A stretch of DNA of 64,000 bases from Marsupella aquatica (GCA_973895155.1 OZ316895.1:14762816-14826815); one strand, 5' to 3'; counted from the first letter of the stretch, positions 1 to 13,416 are shown. The notes: generated by a model not told the origin, from the letters alone. Numbers and translations: made by a program.

Positions 1-1137
1 CATTGCCCTCAGTATCCTGATATACTCCAAGTTTCTGGCGCACGGATTCCGCACGAGATAAATGGTGGTGAGTGAATCCTTGACACCTTGTAATGCCGTC
101 TCCAGCTCATCCAGTGACGAAATGTTGTTATCATTTAGCCATAAATCTTCCAACTTGGTCAAATTCCCGATATCTTGGATGGCGTCCAGCTTATTCGAGG
201 ATAAATCTAAGATTCGGAGCTTGGTAAGAGTTGAAAGACCTTCCATTACTGAGATAAAGTTGTTACTCAAATAGAGCTCTTCGAGCAGAACGCATTCCTG
301 GAAGCCCAGCATGGAAGTGAGACGGTTGTTTTGTAGGCTAATCCTTGTCAAACTGGTGAGGCCACACATATCCACTGTCTTGATCCGATTCTTGCCCAGC
401 CAAAGTTCCTTCAACTGGGTCAGGTTCTGGATGCCGCTCAACTCCTTGACTCTGTTAGCACCTAGCTCCAGGACCTGCAACTCTTTCAAGTGGTCAACCT
501 CAACGATCTCCACGACACCATTGTTGGACAAGTAAAGCTCCTTCAATTGCTCATTGACCTGAGAAATGCCCGTCAAAGAACTGATCTTGTTGAAGGAGAC
601 ATCCAGCACTGCGAGACAAGAAAATACCTCAAGTTTTGGTACCTTCGTAAGTCTATTGTCACGTAACACCAGTTCCTGTAGGCCAAAAAGTGCTGGCCAT
701 CTCGTCAAGGATTCCACTGCTTCATCCTCAAACAGGTTTTGTCGGAGGCTCAGCTTCTTGAGAAGCGTCATTTGCCCTATCCTCTCATCCACCTTGGTCA
801 GTCGGTTAGCGGTCAAATCCAGTTCTATGAGGGACCCAGACAATTCAACATCCTTTAAATCGTGGAGCTGTGCACTGGTGAGGTCCAGAACCCCGTCCTC
901 CTCTACGGCCCACGACAGTACAGATGAGGCTGTAACGCGAGTAGACCGATTTTCTCCTCCTACCACTGACTCCCTTGCAGGGGGCAATTCTTCCACCTGT
1001 TGAGTAGTTCCACAAGGCTCCGCGGAAACCACCAATAAATCTCCTCTGCTGTTGCCATTCTGTCCTACAGAAACGGGTGTTACAGCATCTATACGACTTG
1101 GTTCGGATTGCACGGGGTCTTTGCCCTCTGGCACCAT
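1..1137 (-). CDS. SDS22: SDS22-like protein phosphatase 1 regulatory subunit (LRR protein); 3' end lies beyond the window
   Basis: My translation of the minus frame from ATG 1137 is open to base 1; it is absent from the ORF track because it has no stop in the window. It contains tandem SDS22-type LRRs: LDLTSAQLHDL, LDLTANRLTKV, LELGANRVKEL, LKELWLGKNRIK, LEELYLSNNFIS, LEDLWLNDNNIS, followed by the LRR cap IYLVRNPC. Confidence 0.85.
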   Translation of the reverse strand, partial: MVPEGKDPVQSEPSRIDAVTPVSVGQNGNSRGDLLVVSAEPCGTTQQVEELPPARESVVGGENRSTRVTASSVLSWAVEEDGVLDLTSAQLHDLKDVELSGSLIELDLTANRLTKVDERIGQMTLLKKLSLRQNLFEDEAVESLTRWPALFGLQELVLRDNRLTKVPKLEVFSCLAVLDVSFNKISSLTGISQVNEQLKELYLSNNGVVEIVEVDHLKELQVLELGANRVKELSGIQNLTQLKELWLGKNRIKTVDMCGLTSLTRISLQNNRLTSMLGFQECVLLEELYLSNNFISVMEGLSTLTKLRILDLSSNKLDAIQDIGNLTKLEDLWLNDNNISSLDELETALQGVKDSLTTIYLVRNPCARNLEYIRILRAM

Positions 1138-1731
1138 TTTCAAAGGAGGGGGGTGGGAACTTTGTACTTGGGAAGCCGGCCGAAATGATAATTCTACTAG
1201 CCAAGAAGACAACTCCACAGCAAACTACGGCCTTCCAAAAAACCCTAAAACTCGAACATCCTCTACTAGGTTGAAGTCACTTCCGGCGAAGCTCCAGTTG
1301 CAAAACCCTGAGCTCAAATCTCGTCCTATTGCCGACCCAGGACCAAAGACCTTCCCGAATGGCACAACTCAAGTCACAAGAAAATTGCCCAGTTCCAACA
1401 TGCCGCTAACTCCAACCCGTGGAATCTTAAAACCGTGCCCCTGGAGTCACCTTGAATGGACCGGTTCTGAAACAAGCTCGAGGAGGAAATTTCCCAATTT
1501 CCAATCATTCTCTTGGTAAAACCCCCCAGAACGTCCAAGTACAGCTATCTCCCATCAAACTGATTCCCACTAGACAGATCGGCAACAAATTCTTGGATAC
1601 CTGCCTTCATTTCTGACCTAACCTCACCACTCTTTTCTCAACCTCTCTCTTGGTCCTCCCCAATTCGGTGGAGGTGCTTCTTAGTGTGCACTCAACAGCT
1701 ACAACAGAGTCGTCAACTTCGCAAGCAATCG

Positions 1732-1761
1732 TCTCCTCTCCTCTCCTCTCCTCTCCTCTCC
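1732..1761. repeat. (CTCTC)n microsatellite upstream of the SDS22-like gene
   Basis: Seen directly. Confidence 0.9.
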
Positions 1762-2235
1762 AGTCCTCAAAACAATTCGGTTGAGGTGTAAGCAAAGAGC
1801 AGCTACTACAGAGTCCTCGGGGCAAGCAAGGAGAAAGAATTACAGTGATGGAAAGGTGAATGCCATGACCTCGATTGTCACGAAGTCCTTGGCTGTCTCG
1901 TTTGCTTTCTTGCACACTCTCCCTCGTGAAGCTCCAAATTCAATGGCGTCTGTAAATTCCATTCCCTTCCACCAGCTTGGTCGCCTTCCCATTCCACCCT
2001 GCTATGACATGTGGAACGCCCTAACAAAACCCACCATGGCCCACCTCGCATCCCCTCTCTTCGTCTGCTATGCTTTTGGGGATTATTTATTACCACTATA
2101 TAACTACTGCAAAGAACAAAATGCGCTTTTGAGGATTATTTATTTGCATCATATAACTACTGCAAAGAACAAAACGCGCTTTCGGGGTTGTTTACTAGGT
2201 TCCTTTCATGAGCACCTTCACCTATATTTAGGGTT

Positions 2236-2302
2236 TATAAATATATATTATATATATATGTAAATGTAAATATATTTGTAAATATATATTTGTAAATATA
2301 TA
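2236..2302. repeat. AT-rich low-complexity tract
   Basis: Seen directly (tatatatatgtaaatgtaaatatatttgtaaat...). Confidence 0.85.
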
Positions 2303-2562
2303 TGCCAAAGAACAAGCAGCGCAAAACAGGGACACAAGATCCCCAAGGCAAAAGACGCAATAAAAAGGGACAATGTAAGGGAAAACCCAGGAATTCCAAC
2401 AAGTAAAAAAGCCTGAGAGTCCCACACTAGCCTGAGAGTCCCACACTATGGCAAAGGAACTAAAGCCATACTCAGGTGTAAATTGAAAAGCCTCAAGAGA
2501 TTCACAACAGGTGCACATTCATTGGTAGGGCAATGGAAACATAACCCTGAATTATGTCAATA

Positions 2563-2940
2563 CACTAGTAGAAAAGACCCCTAATTCTGCCCACTATTAG
2601 GACTATGGTATAACTATTGTATGACTCAATCTTCCTTTAGTCATTCTTATGACACCGGGTTATAAGTTTTGTGACTCAACCCACTAAGTAATTAGAATGA
2701 CTTAGGCTTTAGTCATATGCAACAACTCATCTAGTTCTAATCTATGACAACCCTTATGACACCGGGTTATAAGTTTTGTGACTCAACCCACTAAGTAATT
2801 AGAATGACTTAGGCTTTAGTCATATGCAACAACTCATCTAGTTCTAATCTATGACAACCAAAACTATGGCAGCTCTTGTAAATAATGATTGAATTGGTTA
2901 TATGAAAGGACTCTTAAAGTCATAATTTTGAACAAACTGC
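2563..2940 (+). mobile_element. CACTA (En/Spm) element terminus with subterminal repeats
   Basis: Starts CACTAGTAGAAA, followed by dense ATGAC/GTCAT motifs. The same 12-bp terminus occurs at 56916. The opposite end was not found. Confidence 0.6.
2646..2859. repeat. Exact 107-bp tandem duplication inside the CACTA subterminal region
   Basis: 2646-2752 matches 2753-2859 (cttatgacaccgggttataag...tatgacaacc). Confidence 0.95.
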
Positions 2941-3557
2941 TTTTAAAAAAATGAAAAGATAATGACATCAAGAAAATTGACAATTATATATGCCATATCT
3001 CTGCAGCTGTTTGTCGTTCCGGTCATACTGCTGTTTGTTCCATTACGATCCCTTGCCCTTGAGGACCCAAAACTGAACAAGAAACAAAGTGGCTATCACC
3101 ACAAGATTTACACTTGCTTCTGAATTGACTGTGCAGACTGTGCAACCATGTCTAATAATTTTGCTACATTCACACTTATGAAAATAACAAAGAATTCAGA
3201 TTAGACAAGATAAGAATATGTGTGTTTGAGTCCTGTTGCCCACTTATCGGAATGTCTCTTTGGTATAGCAAACTGCAGATCCAAGAGGAGTTATTCAAAC
3301 CTACTGAGTGAGCACTTCTATTCTACTACGGTGACTTTAGTTTGTTGACATACACTCAGACAGGACTCTCTGATTGTATTTAGTCAGGGGTCGGGTTCAC
3401 ACTCGATCAGTTCAATAACCTCGATCAACGCACTCATGCCAGGAAGGAAAAGTCTACGGTCGGACGATGGCTGATCAAATATACATATATATACTTTAGA
3501 GATCAAATGAAAGCATGGATTAGAGGTGGCAGCTACATTATGTCACACCATTCTAGA

Positions 3558-5220
3558 TGTTGTTGTAGTATATAGTGCTAGTTGAGTATGTACGTTTTGT
3601 ATGTGTGCTATTGGAGCCAATAGGGTTCCATTAGGTTTGTGTGAGAGGGTAGTTCTCTCTTGTGAGGCATTGAAAGGTTATCTTTCAATGTTGAACCTTG
3701 GAGAGAGAGGAGCTCGAGTGTGGCTATGGTGGTTGTGAGCTCCGCTTGTACAACGTGGATTCCTTGAGTAGTGCAAGGTGCGTTGGCTTGACATACGTGT
3801 GTGATCGGATCGGTGCAGGATCGATGGGGTATTGTTGACCGGGATCGTTGTGCCGATTGTTGTGAAGATTATTGTGGGTTTTGGACATGTGTGGAAATGA
3901 ATTCCACTTGTATTCCATTCTCTTGTGTTTGTGATGCTGCATTGTGGATATGTTTGGATGTGTGTGACAAGCGATGTATGTTGTGGCGATGTGTATGCAC
4001 ACAAAAATTACCTTGATCAGCTCGGGAATCAACTGCTGGACTCGCTCTAAACCAGTCAATCTCCAATGGAATTCATGAATGGACAATAATGTCCTTCAAA
4101 GTAGTCCAAGCGTAATAGCAGTGCCTCCTCTTGAAGGTGCAGGAGGTAGATAGCAGTGCAGCCTCCTTTGTGTGGGGCACAAACTTCTCCTTTGCTTAGT
4201 AGAAGGTTTGTATGCCTCTGTGAAGCTCAATTATACTGCACACATGCAACCACTAGGAATAGCTCTGTCGGGTCAAGTTCACACAAGTACATCAACCTCA
4301 ACGCATGCAATCAAGCCAGGGCGGAAAGGAACACTACTATAGAATGATTAAACAAGCTCAGTAGAATTAATAGGAGGCTACCTGGATCGGTGCAGGTCAG
4401 GTCGGAGGACCTCTCGATTGCGCAGCTCCCTTTGAGCACACTCAGTAAGATCGGACCTCACAGTGAGTGCGTAGGAGATCTGACGTTGACTGAAAGCTGG
4501 GGGTTGCACACAGATCCTTAACTGCAGGTCCAATGTCCCAACCCGTAGCTAGATTAAGTTAAGCTAGGATCTGAGCTAGCTTGCGGCTCCAACCTCACAC
4601 CTCGATCCCAGTTTGCAGCTTCACTATTGATTGAAGCGATAAGCTCCCACTTCTCGGCTTGGTCCCTATCCTTAGCTCCACAAATGAAGGCATGTACGTC
4701 CATGGTGCACACAAGTAACACTTCAAATAAACAAACAAAGCTCTATTATACTCTCTTGTCTTCAATGAAATTGAAAGTGTCCTAACTACCTTGAAACCCA
4801 CTTCATTCAGAATTCTCCATTTAATCTTTGTCATCTCAACTCCGTATTCAAACCTATTTCAATATGCAGCTCTTCATGGCTCCACCTTGTTGGATAACAT
4901 CAACTAAGGGGTCCTCTTCATGCTTGCATCCTCACACTACTAACAAAACAAGTTGATATATTTTCATGACCCAACATCTTGCTCTTATTTCCTCTAGATC
5001 CTTACTTGAAGCTCTTGCAATTTGAATCCTATTAATATATTGATACTAAGTAGAGTACCAGTATGACTTCCAGTAAACCTCAAAAAATCCTCTATGAACA
5101 ACCAATAGTTGATGATTGCCTTGGCCCCTTGCTTGGCCTTAGTCTACAAGTTGAGTTTTGAAGGAGCTATCAAGAGAGTATCAGCAAGGTGTTGCCAGTG
5201 AGGGCTGTGCCAACTGACTG
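3558..5220. mobile_element. Probable decayed LTR-retrotransposon fragment
   Basis: LTR-like composition at 3558-4600 and weak pol-like remnants on the minus strand (e.g. QHLADTL near 5180). No intact domain and no TSD. Confidence 0.25.
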
Positions 5221-6059
5221 TAGGTGTGGTGATACTATTTGTGTTTCTGTTACAAGACAGTACACAGAGTCAAGCACCACGTATGGTACTAGTGTTGTCC
5301 ACTAACTTTGATAATTGGTTTGTTGGCATGACAATTTACCACCCCCCGTACCACCCACAACTAAATACTGTACTCAACGTACACAATGGGCGAGAAAGCA
5401 ATTGGTTTTCTTGCATCTCTGGTGCCTACCTTAGTCATGCCCCCTCTGGTCTCCTCACTTGACACTTGACTCTTGCTCTTTCCTTTCAACTTTGCTAACT
5501 CCATTCTAATTTAATGCTCAATTACTGATTCATATTAATAAAGAAGTTTTTAAATTACTGTGGTCCATAGGAGTCCCAAGGTCAACCATAGTTCTAAGAA
5601 AAATGGAAGCAGGAGAATAATACTCAAAATGATGCGCCCAGGCATGGACATGCCACCATGCATACTGCATGGACTGAGACACCTTGTACACCACTCATTG
5701 ACAACCCTTCTCTTTCCCAAAATGTTTTCAACAGCAAAGTTTGACCTTGAACCCTTGATGTCCAACTGAATTGGCTTTTTTGGGGGTTCTTGAAAAGAGT
5801 ATTGGAAAATCATCTTTAGTTTTCATGAATGATTGAGAGAGTTAAGAATTTCTAAAGACTACTCCATCACTTCGTCCACACTCTGATTTTCATGAATAGT
5901 TGAGAGAGTTTTCAACTTCTAAAGATTACTCCTTTCACTCAGTATCCACACAGCTTTTCCCAAAAAAATTGAGCAGCTCACTGTGACATCAGTATATCCC
6001 TTTATGTCCAATACACTCTGATTTGTGGGGGTTCATTAGAACTGCTTGGAAAGATTGTT

Positions 6060-6218
6060 GAGGGATTTTCTTGGTGGGACCCCAAATGGAAATGTTTTAC
6101 TTGATAAGACCCCTGAGTGATTCAGACCGTTGATTTACCTTGAATAGACGTACCCAAACTTTCAAGGGTCCTATCAAGTAAAATATTTTCATTTGGGGTC
6201 CCACCAAGCAAATCTCTC
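6060..6218. mobile_element. Mutator-like MITE (159 bp, fold-back)
   Basis: ~57-bp imperfect inverted arms (GAGGGATTTTCTTGGTGGGACCCCAAATG... / ...CATTTGGGGTCCCACCAAGCAAATCTCTC). Perfect 10-bp TSD AAAGATTGTT at 6050-6059 and 6219-6228. Confidence 0.85.
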
Positions 6219-6965
6219 AAAGATTGTTCCACTGAAACTAATATGATCAGACTACCTGTTCTTTGAACATGAATAGCAAGGAGGACAATAAAAATGTCAC
6301 CAAAATATACTCCTTATTCAAATTTTTTGATCGTTAATGAAATGATAAAAAAGCCATTATAAATGTCACGATTTTAATAAGCATATATAACATACCATAC
6401 TCTTTTCTATGCACATCCCTCTTTCTATGCACATATTAACGGTGGCACCATAAAACTCATTTTTTTTAGTATAAATAGCAATCATTACAAAAAAACATGC
6501 ACACTTATCATTTGACATACATCATAGTCATGAGTTTTCTCATCCACATGATGAGCCACATTCACATGATGTTACCGTCTAGAGGTTTCACTCTAGAAGC
6601 CTAGGCCCCAACTCTAACTTGGAGTTGGCTCTATATAAATAAGATTTCATTGAGGATTGAGAAACCTACAAACTTCCAATCTAGTTCCAAATATGATTGT
6701 CTCATTTTCTTGCCACCTTTTGCTCAATGGTGTTATATGTGCTATATGAACAATAAAAGAGGGGGTGCCACCTGTCATCAGGGTCATGGGAGTCCATCTT
6801 AGTTGCAGAAGTATCTAAAAACATTTTGGCAAACATGGAGGTCAGTCGATCTGGGCTTCATTTTCATAACATGTTGGCCTTATTAAGAAGATATCGGAGC
6901 ATTTTGGCAAAAACATGGAGGTCCCTGTGGGCTTCAATTTCAGTGAATTGAAAAAATAATCAATG

Positions 6966-6974
6966 TTTGGCGCC
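6966..6974 (+). promoter_or_regulatory. Candidate E2F site upstream of Pol lambda
   Basis: TTTGGCGCC matches the E2F consensus TTTSSCGS and lies ~620 bp before the predicted ATG. Confidence 0.4.
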
Positions 6975-7013
6975 GACAGTGATGGCACTATGGTTTATTC
7001 AAATCCACCACGC

Positions 7014-7392
7014 CAGGATCTCGAGAAATACTACAGCACCATTAATGAGCTTCCCAAACTCCCACTCCTGAAGAAGGCTACAGAACCTATGGATGTTTCG
7101 CTCTAACCCACGTCGCTACTCTCCAAATCACAACTGTCAGACTTTACTGTTACGAAAAGGGAGTGTCTTAGGTGTCCAGACAGAGGAGAGTCTTGAGTCT
7201 TGACAACCTGAGCTTGAGGCACTCTTCTTCTACTCCTTCGGAACTATATTGAAATCCTCCGCTCCAGGATCTCTGTTCGATCAAATACTACAGAAGAATT
7301 TAGTGAGCTTGACAAACTCCCAGTCCTGAAGAGGGCTGCCAAACCGGTGGGGTTTCTGCTCTAGCCCGCATTGCTCCTCTCCAAATCATCAC
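7014..7392. repeat. Diverged ~120-bp direct duplication upstream of Pol lambda
   Basis: ~7014-7135 resembles ~7265-7392 (ccaggatctc...aaatactacag...caaactccca.tcctgaaga.ggct...ctctccaaatca). Confidence 0.8.
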
Positions 7393-7587
7393 TTCAGTTC
7401 AGTTCAGTTCATAAGCAGAACGAATTCGAGCTTTTCAAAGTATGGTTTGCTACAGAGTTCTGGGGCTTTGGTAATACTATCAATTGTTTGTGGTTTGAGA
7501 ACATTAGATTTTGGTTTGTTGTCATGCAGAGAAGTCTTCGTGGAGAAAACAAGCTGCTGTCGTCAGGAACGCTCTAGACAGTATGCT

Positions 7588-10500
7588 ATGGGTGCAGCGG
7601 AGGCTGGTATTGAGTCGATGTTCAAGGGGGTGGTCGCTGTATTTGAGGAGAAAGGCGTTCAATCCCGGCGTCTTCAGGTCCTCTCTCTCACATGATGAAT
7701 CAAGACACAAAGAACTAAAAAGTACCGCCAAAATTGATTTCGACAATTTCCGATCGCCATCATGAGTAATCGATAGAAGAAAAGACTTGTCTTGACAGCT
7801 AATAATGACGACTATTCAAGAACGCATATTCGCAAATGGAAGTGGTTGTTGGAAGATATGGGTTTATCACAAGGTATGGGATCAAGGGTTTATCTCAACG
7901 AGTAACAATTCATGAAATACAGTTGCGATGACTATGGAGACCATTGAATGGCTTCCGTTGCTGCGATTTTCATGAATTTGAAGGATGAATTGAAGGACAT
8001 ATGGGATGCAGGGTTTATCTCAATGAGTAACAATTCATGAAATACAGTTGTCGATGACTGTTGAGACCAAGGAATGGCTTCCGTTGCTTCGATTTCCATG
8101 AATTTGAAGGATGAATTGGAGAATTTGTGATGCTGGGTTTTGGACTGAAAACATGGTCTACATTTTTGTTGAAACTGGAGATCTTGCTCTGTCAGAAGTG
8201 TGCTTTTATCTCGTGGCTTGTTTCTTAAAGTCTTTGCTGGACATGGACAACACCCTACACCATGCTCACAAAGCAGCTCACACATGGTTGTGCATGGGCG
8301 TAAACCTTGGGCGTATGGTAGCCTTCAACAAGTCAGACCAGTGGTAACGAGAGCTGGCTTGTTTCCTTCCTTCCTGAACCGTTTAGCGTGGTTACGAGGG
8401 GTTTTGCATTTAGGTGTGGAAGCAGAAGCTCCAAGAAAGATGTGGAGAGATCCGCCAGCATATAAAGAAAGGCGCTGTCACTCATATCTTTGCCATTAAC
8501 ACGAAGTTTCTTGAGGATCGCGTGGGCCGGCGCAATCTGAGAAAGCTTGGAAAGGTACAATCTCAACGTCCTGTTGCTGCAATTTACTGTACTCACTATC
8601 AAAGGCAGAGAGATTTATTTTTTGATGCCCTTGTCTCTCGGCTCTGAAGGGCTTGATTCTTAACCCCTAGAAAAAATATAATCTTAGTTGTTGCTACCTA
8701 CTTTTGTCTTCCTATATCTTATGTATCCTGTGCGACTATTTGAGCAAGCTTCAGGTTGTGCCGCTCAAGTACGAATGGCTGGAGGATTGTCTCAAGACTG
8801 GACATGCTTTACCGACCGACCCATACTTACTGGTTCACGAGTCAAGGACCCAAAATTTGGATGAATCTGTGCCCAGTTCGGCGTTCGTTCACAATGACCT
8901 CGGGAGCTCAGACCCTAGCTCACTGGAATTGCCGCAAGGGGCCGAGGCTCGAAAAAGACAAGCAGAGTCTGAATCAGATGAAGCTTCAGAAAAGCATCGG
9001 AAGGTTGATGAAGACTGGATGAGTGTTATTCACAAGGGAGCTAAGGCAGGAGTATTAGGAAGCAAGAGAACAAACACTGGTCATGGAGATGGAACGATTA
9101 GTCCTGACAGTGAATCTGTCGATCTAACAGCTCAAGAACCGAGTCAGGTAATACTCAAGGCTAGTCCTAGCGTAGGCCATAAAACGAATCATGTCAAATT
9201 TGTTGTCCTATCAAATAGTCCGTATCTCATGTCCCTGTTGTTACTGGCGGACAAGGAAGCAAAACATTTCATCTATCTCTTGAGCTTTGTCCCAAGTAAA
9301 TATAAACAAGTTTTAAAGTCAGTCTCTATTTTGAGAATCCTGTTTGTGCTCTCTAAGAAGCTCTGTTTTTGTGGCAATGTGAAAACCTCTTCTTGTAGTA
9401 TGTAGACTGTACTTGTTCCTCCAGTAGTCCATTATATCAGGTGTTATAAGAAATTTGCAAAATGCCTGGAAGATGCATGCCTACGAAGCCCATAACAAGC
9501 GATCGGATTGGCTGCGGACACTTGTGAGAGCAGAAAATAGGTCTGATCTCCACAGTGTGATTTAATTGGTAATGAGACCACTGCAAGAAGGGATTCACAA
9601 GTCACAAAATAATTGCATAGGAGTCCAAGATGATACCTTTGGATAGAAGTTGCGGACTTTTAGCTTTACATTCTCTTCACGTTTGATGTGTACTGAAACT
9701 TTCACTGAGAATAGGTTTGGTATGGTATTCGTTGTGCAGGCTGAAATGATTTATTGTCCCCCCAACTTAAACAAGAACATCACAGACATATTTGACGAAC
9801 TCAGGACTATTTATGGCGATGGTATGCGGTCAACTTTGTGCATACTATCATGAGTTAGTCTGAGCTTCCAGCGCCATTATTTGTGTCAGTCTTATCTCTC
9901 GAGTGCTTCAACAAGCGCCCTCAGTTCGTGAAGCAAAACCTATGACGAATTTGGCCTCACAGGAAGACATAACTGGGCTTTACAACTGTACACAGTACAG
10001 CAAACTGTGCAGGACTTTCACTACGGTTAGGAGATGGTTTGGCCAGGAGAGTGTCCTAGTAGGATCTCGACTTCTTGATTCAGATTCTTACGACCTCTTG
10101 TCCAGTAGAGTTTTTTTTATATCTGTCCACGTGATTATGCTTTCAGCTGTAAAGAAGTTTATGCAGCTTGGATCAAGTAAGGTATGGTCTTTCGGTTTCT
10201 CTTATAAGTAGAGTAGACTGATAAGTCATTCAAAGCCTTCGCTTTTTTGAAGTCTCAGGATCCCTGTGTCAACTGAGAATGCAAAATTCAGTCCCTTCAA
10301 ATTCTATAGAAGGGATGGTTGATGGGTTTTATCATAGATCTATCATAATCCTTTGCAATGTTCTGCGATATCTGAAACTTCTGCTTTATTTGACATGAAA
10401 CAGCCATAGGGGATGACAGAAGGTCCTTCAGTTATCACAAGGCCAATTCAGTGCTGGAAAAATTCCCTCGCAAAATTACCAGTGTGGATGATGTGAAGAA

Positions 10501-13416
10501 ACTGCCAGCCATTGGGAAGTCCTTACAAGAAAACGTATGTCCTCCCCTTCTCTGTTGGTCTACGTGTTTGCCCATTTTTGTAAATCGGCGAATTTAGACC
10601 ATGTTTGTTCAGCGAGAGCAAATGCGATTGTAGCCGATTGAAAGTCGGATGATACCTCGTCTATGTTGATCATAGCAACCATGTGGAAATGTTCTTTCAG
10701 CAGTTCTCTGTTGACGGAAAATGTTGGCGTTTTCTCTTCATCTAACGCAGATTGGCGAGATTTTGACCACAGGGACCCTGGCCAAACTAGAGCACTTGAA
10801 GAAAGATGAAAAGGTGCTCTCCATCTTGTGACGTGGCTCCTGTACTCCTCTTCTCCTGAATTTCGTGCTCTTGGTAATTCTGTTCATCAAGGCTTCAAAT
10901 GTTCCAGTAGTATTTGAGCTTCTTTAACAAGGCAGAGTCTAGCATGTTCCCGAATTTACCAATAAACTGTGGCCAATTTGTTTCCAGTTGAAATTTGGGC
11001 TGCGATTGACTCATTCTTCAACAGGTAAAAGCTATAATTGAGCTTTCTAAAGTATGGGGCATTGGTCCTACTACTGCACGGAAGCTCTATGCAAAGGGAC
11101 ACAGAACTTTGAATGATCTAAGGAGTGAAGAGTCACTCACATCAGCCCAAACGATTGGACTTAAATTTCATAATGACATCATCCAGAAGATACCTAGGCA
11201 TGAGGTGAGTCAAAGAAAGAAAAGTTTGGCAAGTTTTCAACCCTCGAGCACGCTACTGGCCTTTTCTTAGAGATTTTCAAGCGGACAGTTTTTTGCCAAT
11301 ATTTGGATGAACTGTGCTTGTGTGCAAGCATTTAATAGGCATTTTTGTTTCACCTGCTAGGCTCAAGAGATGGAGATTATAGTCCGGAAGGTGGCAGAAA
11401 GTGTAGACAAGAATGTGAGTATTTTATCCTAAGTTGATCTCTGGCCATGAGCCACTGGCACCTTTGACCAGAAGTCTCTTGATCACTTTTGATCTCTTAT
11501 GGGCTTTTGTGCGGTTCTTGCTAAACCTTATTATTTGGGGAAGATGAGCTCACAAATTCGTATTCCAGTCATATAACGGTGACAATTGTAAGGTCTTGTC
11601 TTTTCAGTAAGGGTGAATTTCTAGGGCTTCAAAACTGCAGATCCTGGTACTTTCAACTGTAGAACAGTGTCATTTGTAAGATCATCCCTTTCCAATGAGG
11701 GCAGACTTTTAGGATTTTCATTATCTGTCAAACTGCTCTCATGTATCCGATCAGCAACTGGCCTAGAATGTGGAAGTTTTTTTATCCTTCCATGTATATC
11801 TCCATGCTGTAGGTGATACTTGTCTGCGGGGGATCCTATAGGCGGGGGAAAGCTTTCGTGGGAGACATGGACATGATCTTGACACATCCTGATGGGGAAA
11901 GGTAAGGTCTACCAGTTGTCATCATTTGCAAGATTGGCAGAATAATGAACTGGCGTACTGGTTGTAAGTTTTATTTTCGTGTTAGGATTTTTTAGTGTAT
12001 GCTGGCATATAGGTGAGGTTTGCTTGCACGAAACTTGGGAAATGTTGTTATCTTAGAAACGAACATGATAAATGGTGACTGATCTTTGGCACGGGGATGA
12101 TTTATCAGTCATGTCGGATTTCTTCGCAAGCTTCTGCCAAAGCTGAAAGAAATTGATATGTTAACTGAAGATTTGCGGGTTAATACCGAACACGATCCCC
12201 GAGTAATGCTCCAAACTTCATCTTGTGCTCTAGAGTTGTCCCTCAACATTTAGTTACCTTAGAAAATGTTGTATTTGGGAGGCTAGAAATTGCAAAGTAT
12301 GGTGATATTATTCCTTTTTTGGAGAATCAAGCTAAAAGTTGAATCACTTAGCAACAAGTGTGATTGGATCAATGCTGACAGGAAGCATTACAAGCTGTAG
12401 ACACCTACTTTGGCCTATGTAAGTACCCTGGGCGTGAGCGACGGCACCGAATTGATTTTAAGGTAGAGGAACATGGACAGACCAATCTTGAGATGAGATG
12501 ATTTGATAGCTTAGCAGTACTAAACCCATGCACTTTCAACCTGGTCGTGATGCTCATATTCTTTGAAGGTCTTTAAGTGTGTGCATGATGTACTACAATA
12601 TTTCTAACTGCAGATTATTTAGTGATGGGTTGTAGGGTGTTTTCTGATTAACTGGGGATCTCTGTATGCCGCCGTTTGTCTAATGTTCTCTATTCAGTCA
12701 TCTCATTACTGTTGAAAGTGCAAACAAATAATTTGGTTCAACTGTGCTGGCCTCTTGTTGGAATGGTTGGCAGGTTTACCCGTATTGGAAATATCCATTT
12801 GGACTAATTGCTTGGACAGGCAATGATGTTCTCAACCGAAGGCATGTCATCACCATTGCACAGGAAATCTAGAAAAGTCGATTATTTCACTCATATTAAT
12901 AACGCAGCCCTCTTACCTTCTAGCATTTCTTAGAACTAAACTCACTTTTTCTTTTCTCAGGTTGAGAATTCTAGCAAGTGCAAAAGGGTACAAGCTGGAC
13001 GACCATGGATGCTTTCCTGTACTGAAGGACGCAGATGGCGAAAGTGTACTTTCTCGCATTCCCTTCTCTGTCAAATGTCACTCTTTTACACAATAGACTT
13101 TGCTCCACTGTTATTAAGGGTCAGTGATCATCCAAAAATTACCTTGATAGAATCAGAAAGTTTGATGTTCCCAGTCAATCAGTAATTTCTTCCAAATGGT
13201 AGTTTTACAGAGGCTGATATCGTCGGAATTGATAACCATGGACGGATGTGCATTCATCTGCTAATTTGCAATTTTGCAATGTTCTAACGACATAGACCTT
13301 ATTTTGTATGTGATCAGGTCGCAAACCGAGGCTTCAGTGTACCATGCAAAACAGAGCGGGAGGTCTTCGACTTTCTCGGGTTTCCATGGCTAGACCCACA
13401 CGAGAGGAATTTATGA
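7588..13416 (+). CDS. POLL: DNA polymerase lambda (family X, N-terminal BRCT), about 14 coding exons
   Basis: Spliced exons give GVQSRRLQ|VWKQKL (BRCT), [32 protein letters not shown] (HhH), [13 protein letters not shown] (catalytic D-x-D), [23 protein letters not shown] and [12 protein letters not shown] (TGA ends 13416). The start codon is less certain. Confidence 0.95.
7876..8118. repeat. ~124-bp tandem duplication in a Pol lambda intron
   Basis: Two copies of atgggat..agggtttatctcaa.gagtaacaattcatgaaatacagttg...gaatttgaaggatgaattg. Confidence 0.9.

Noticed and set aside
62-1519. Plus-strand ORFs of 65-155 aa
   Set aside because: Mostly antisense shadows of the SDS22-like frame and its upstream region, with no recognisable motifs.
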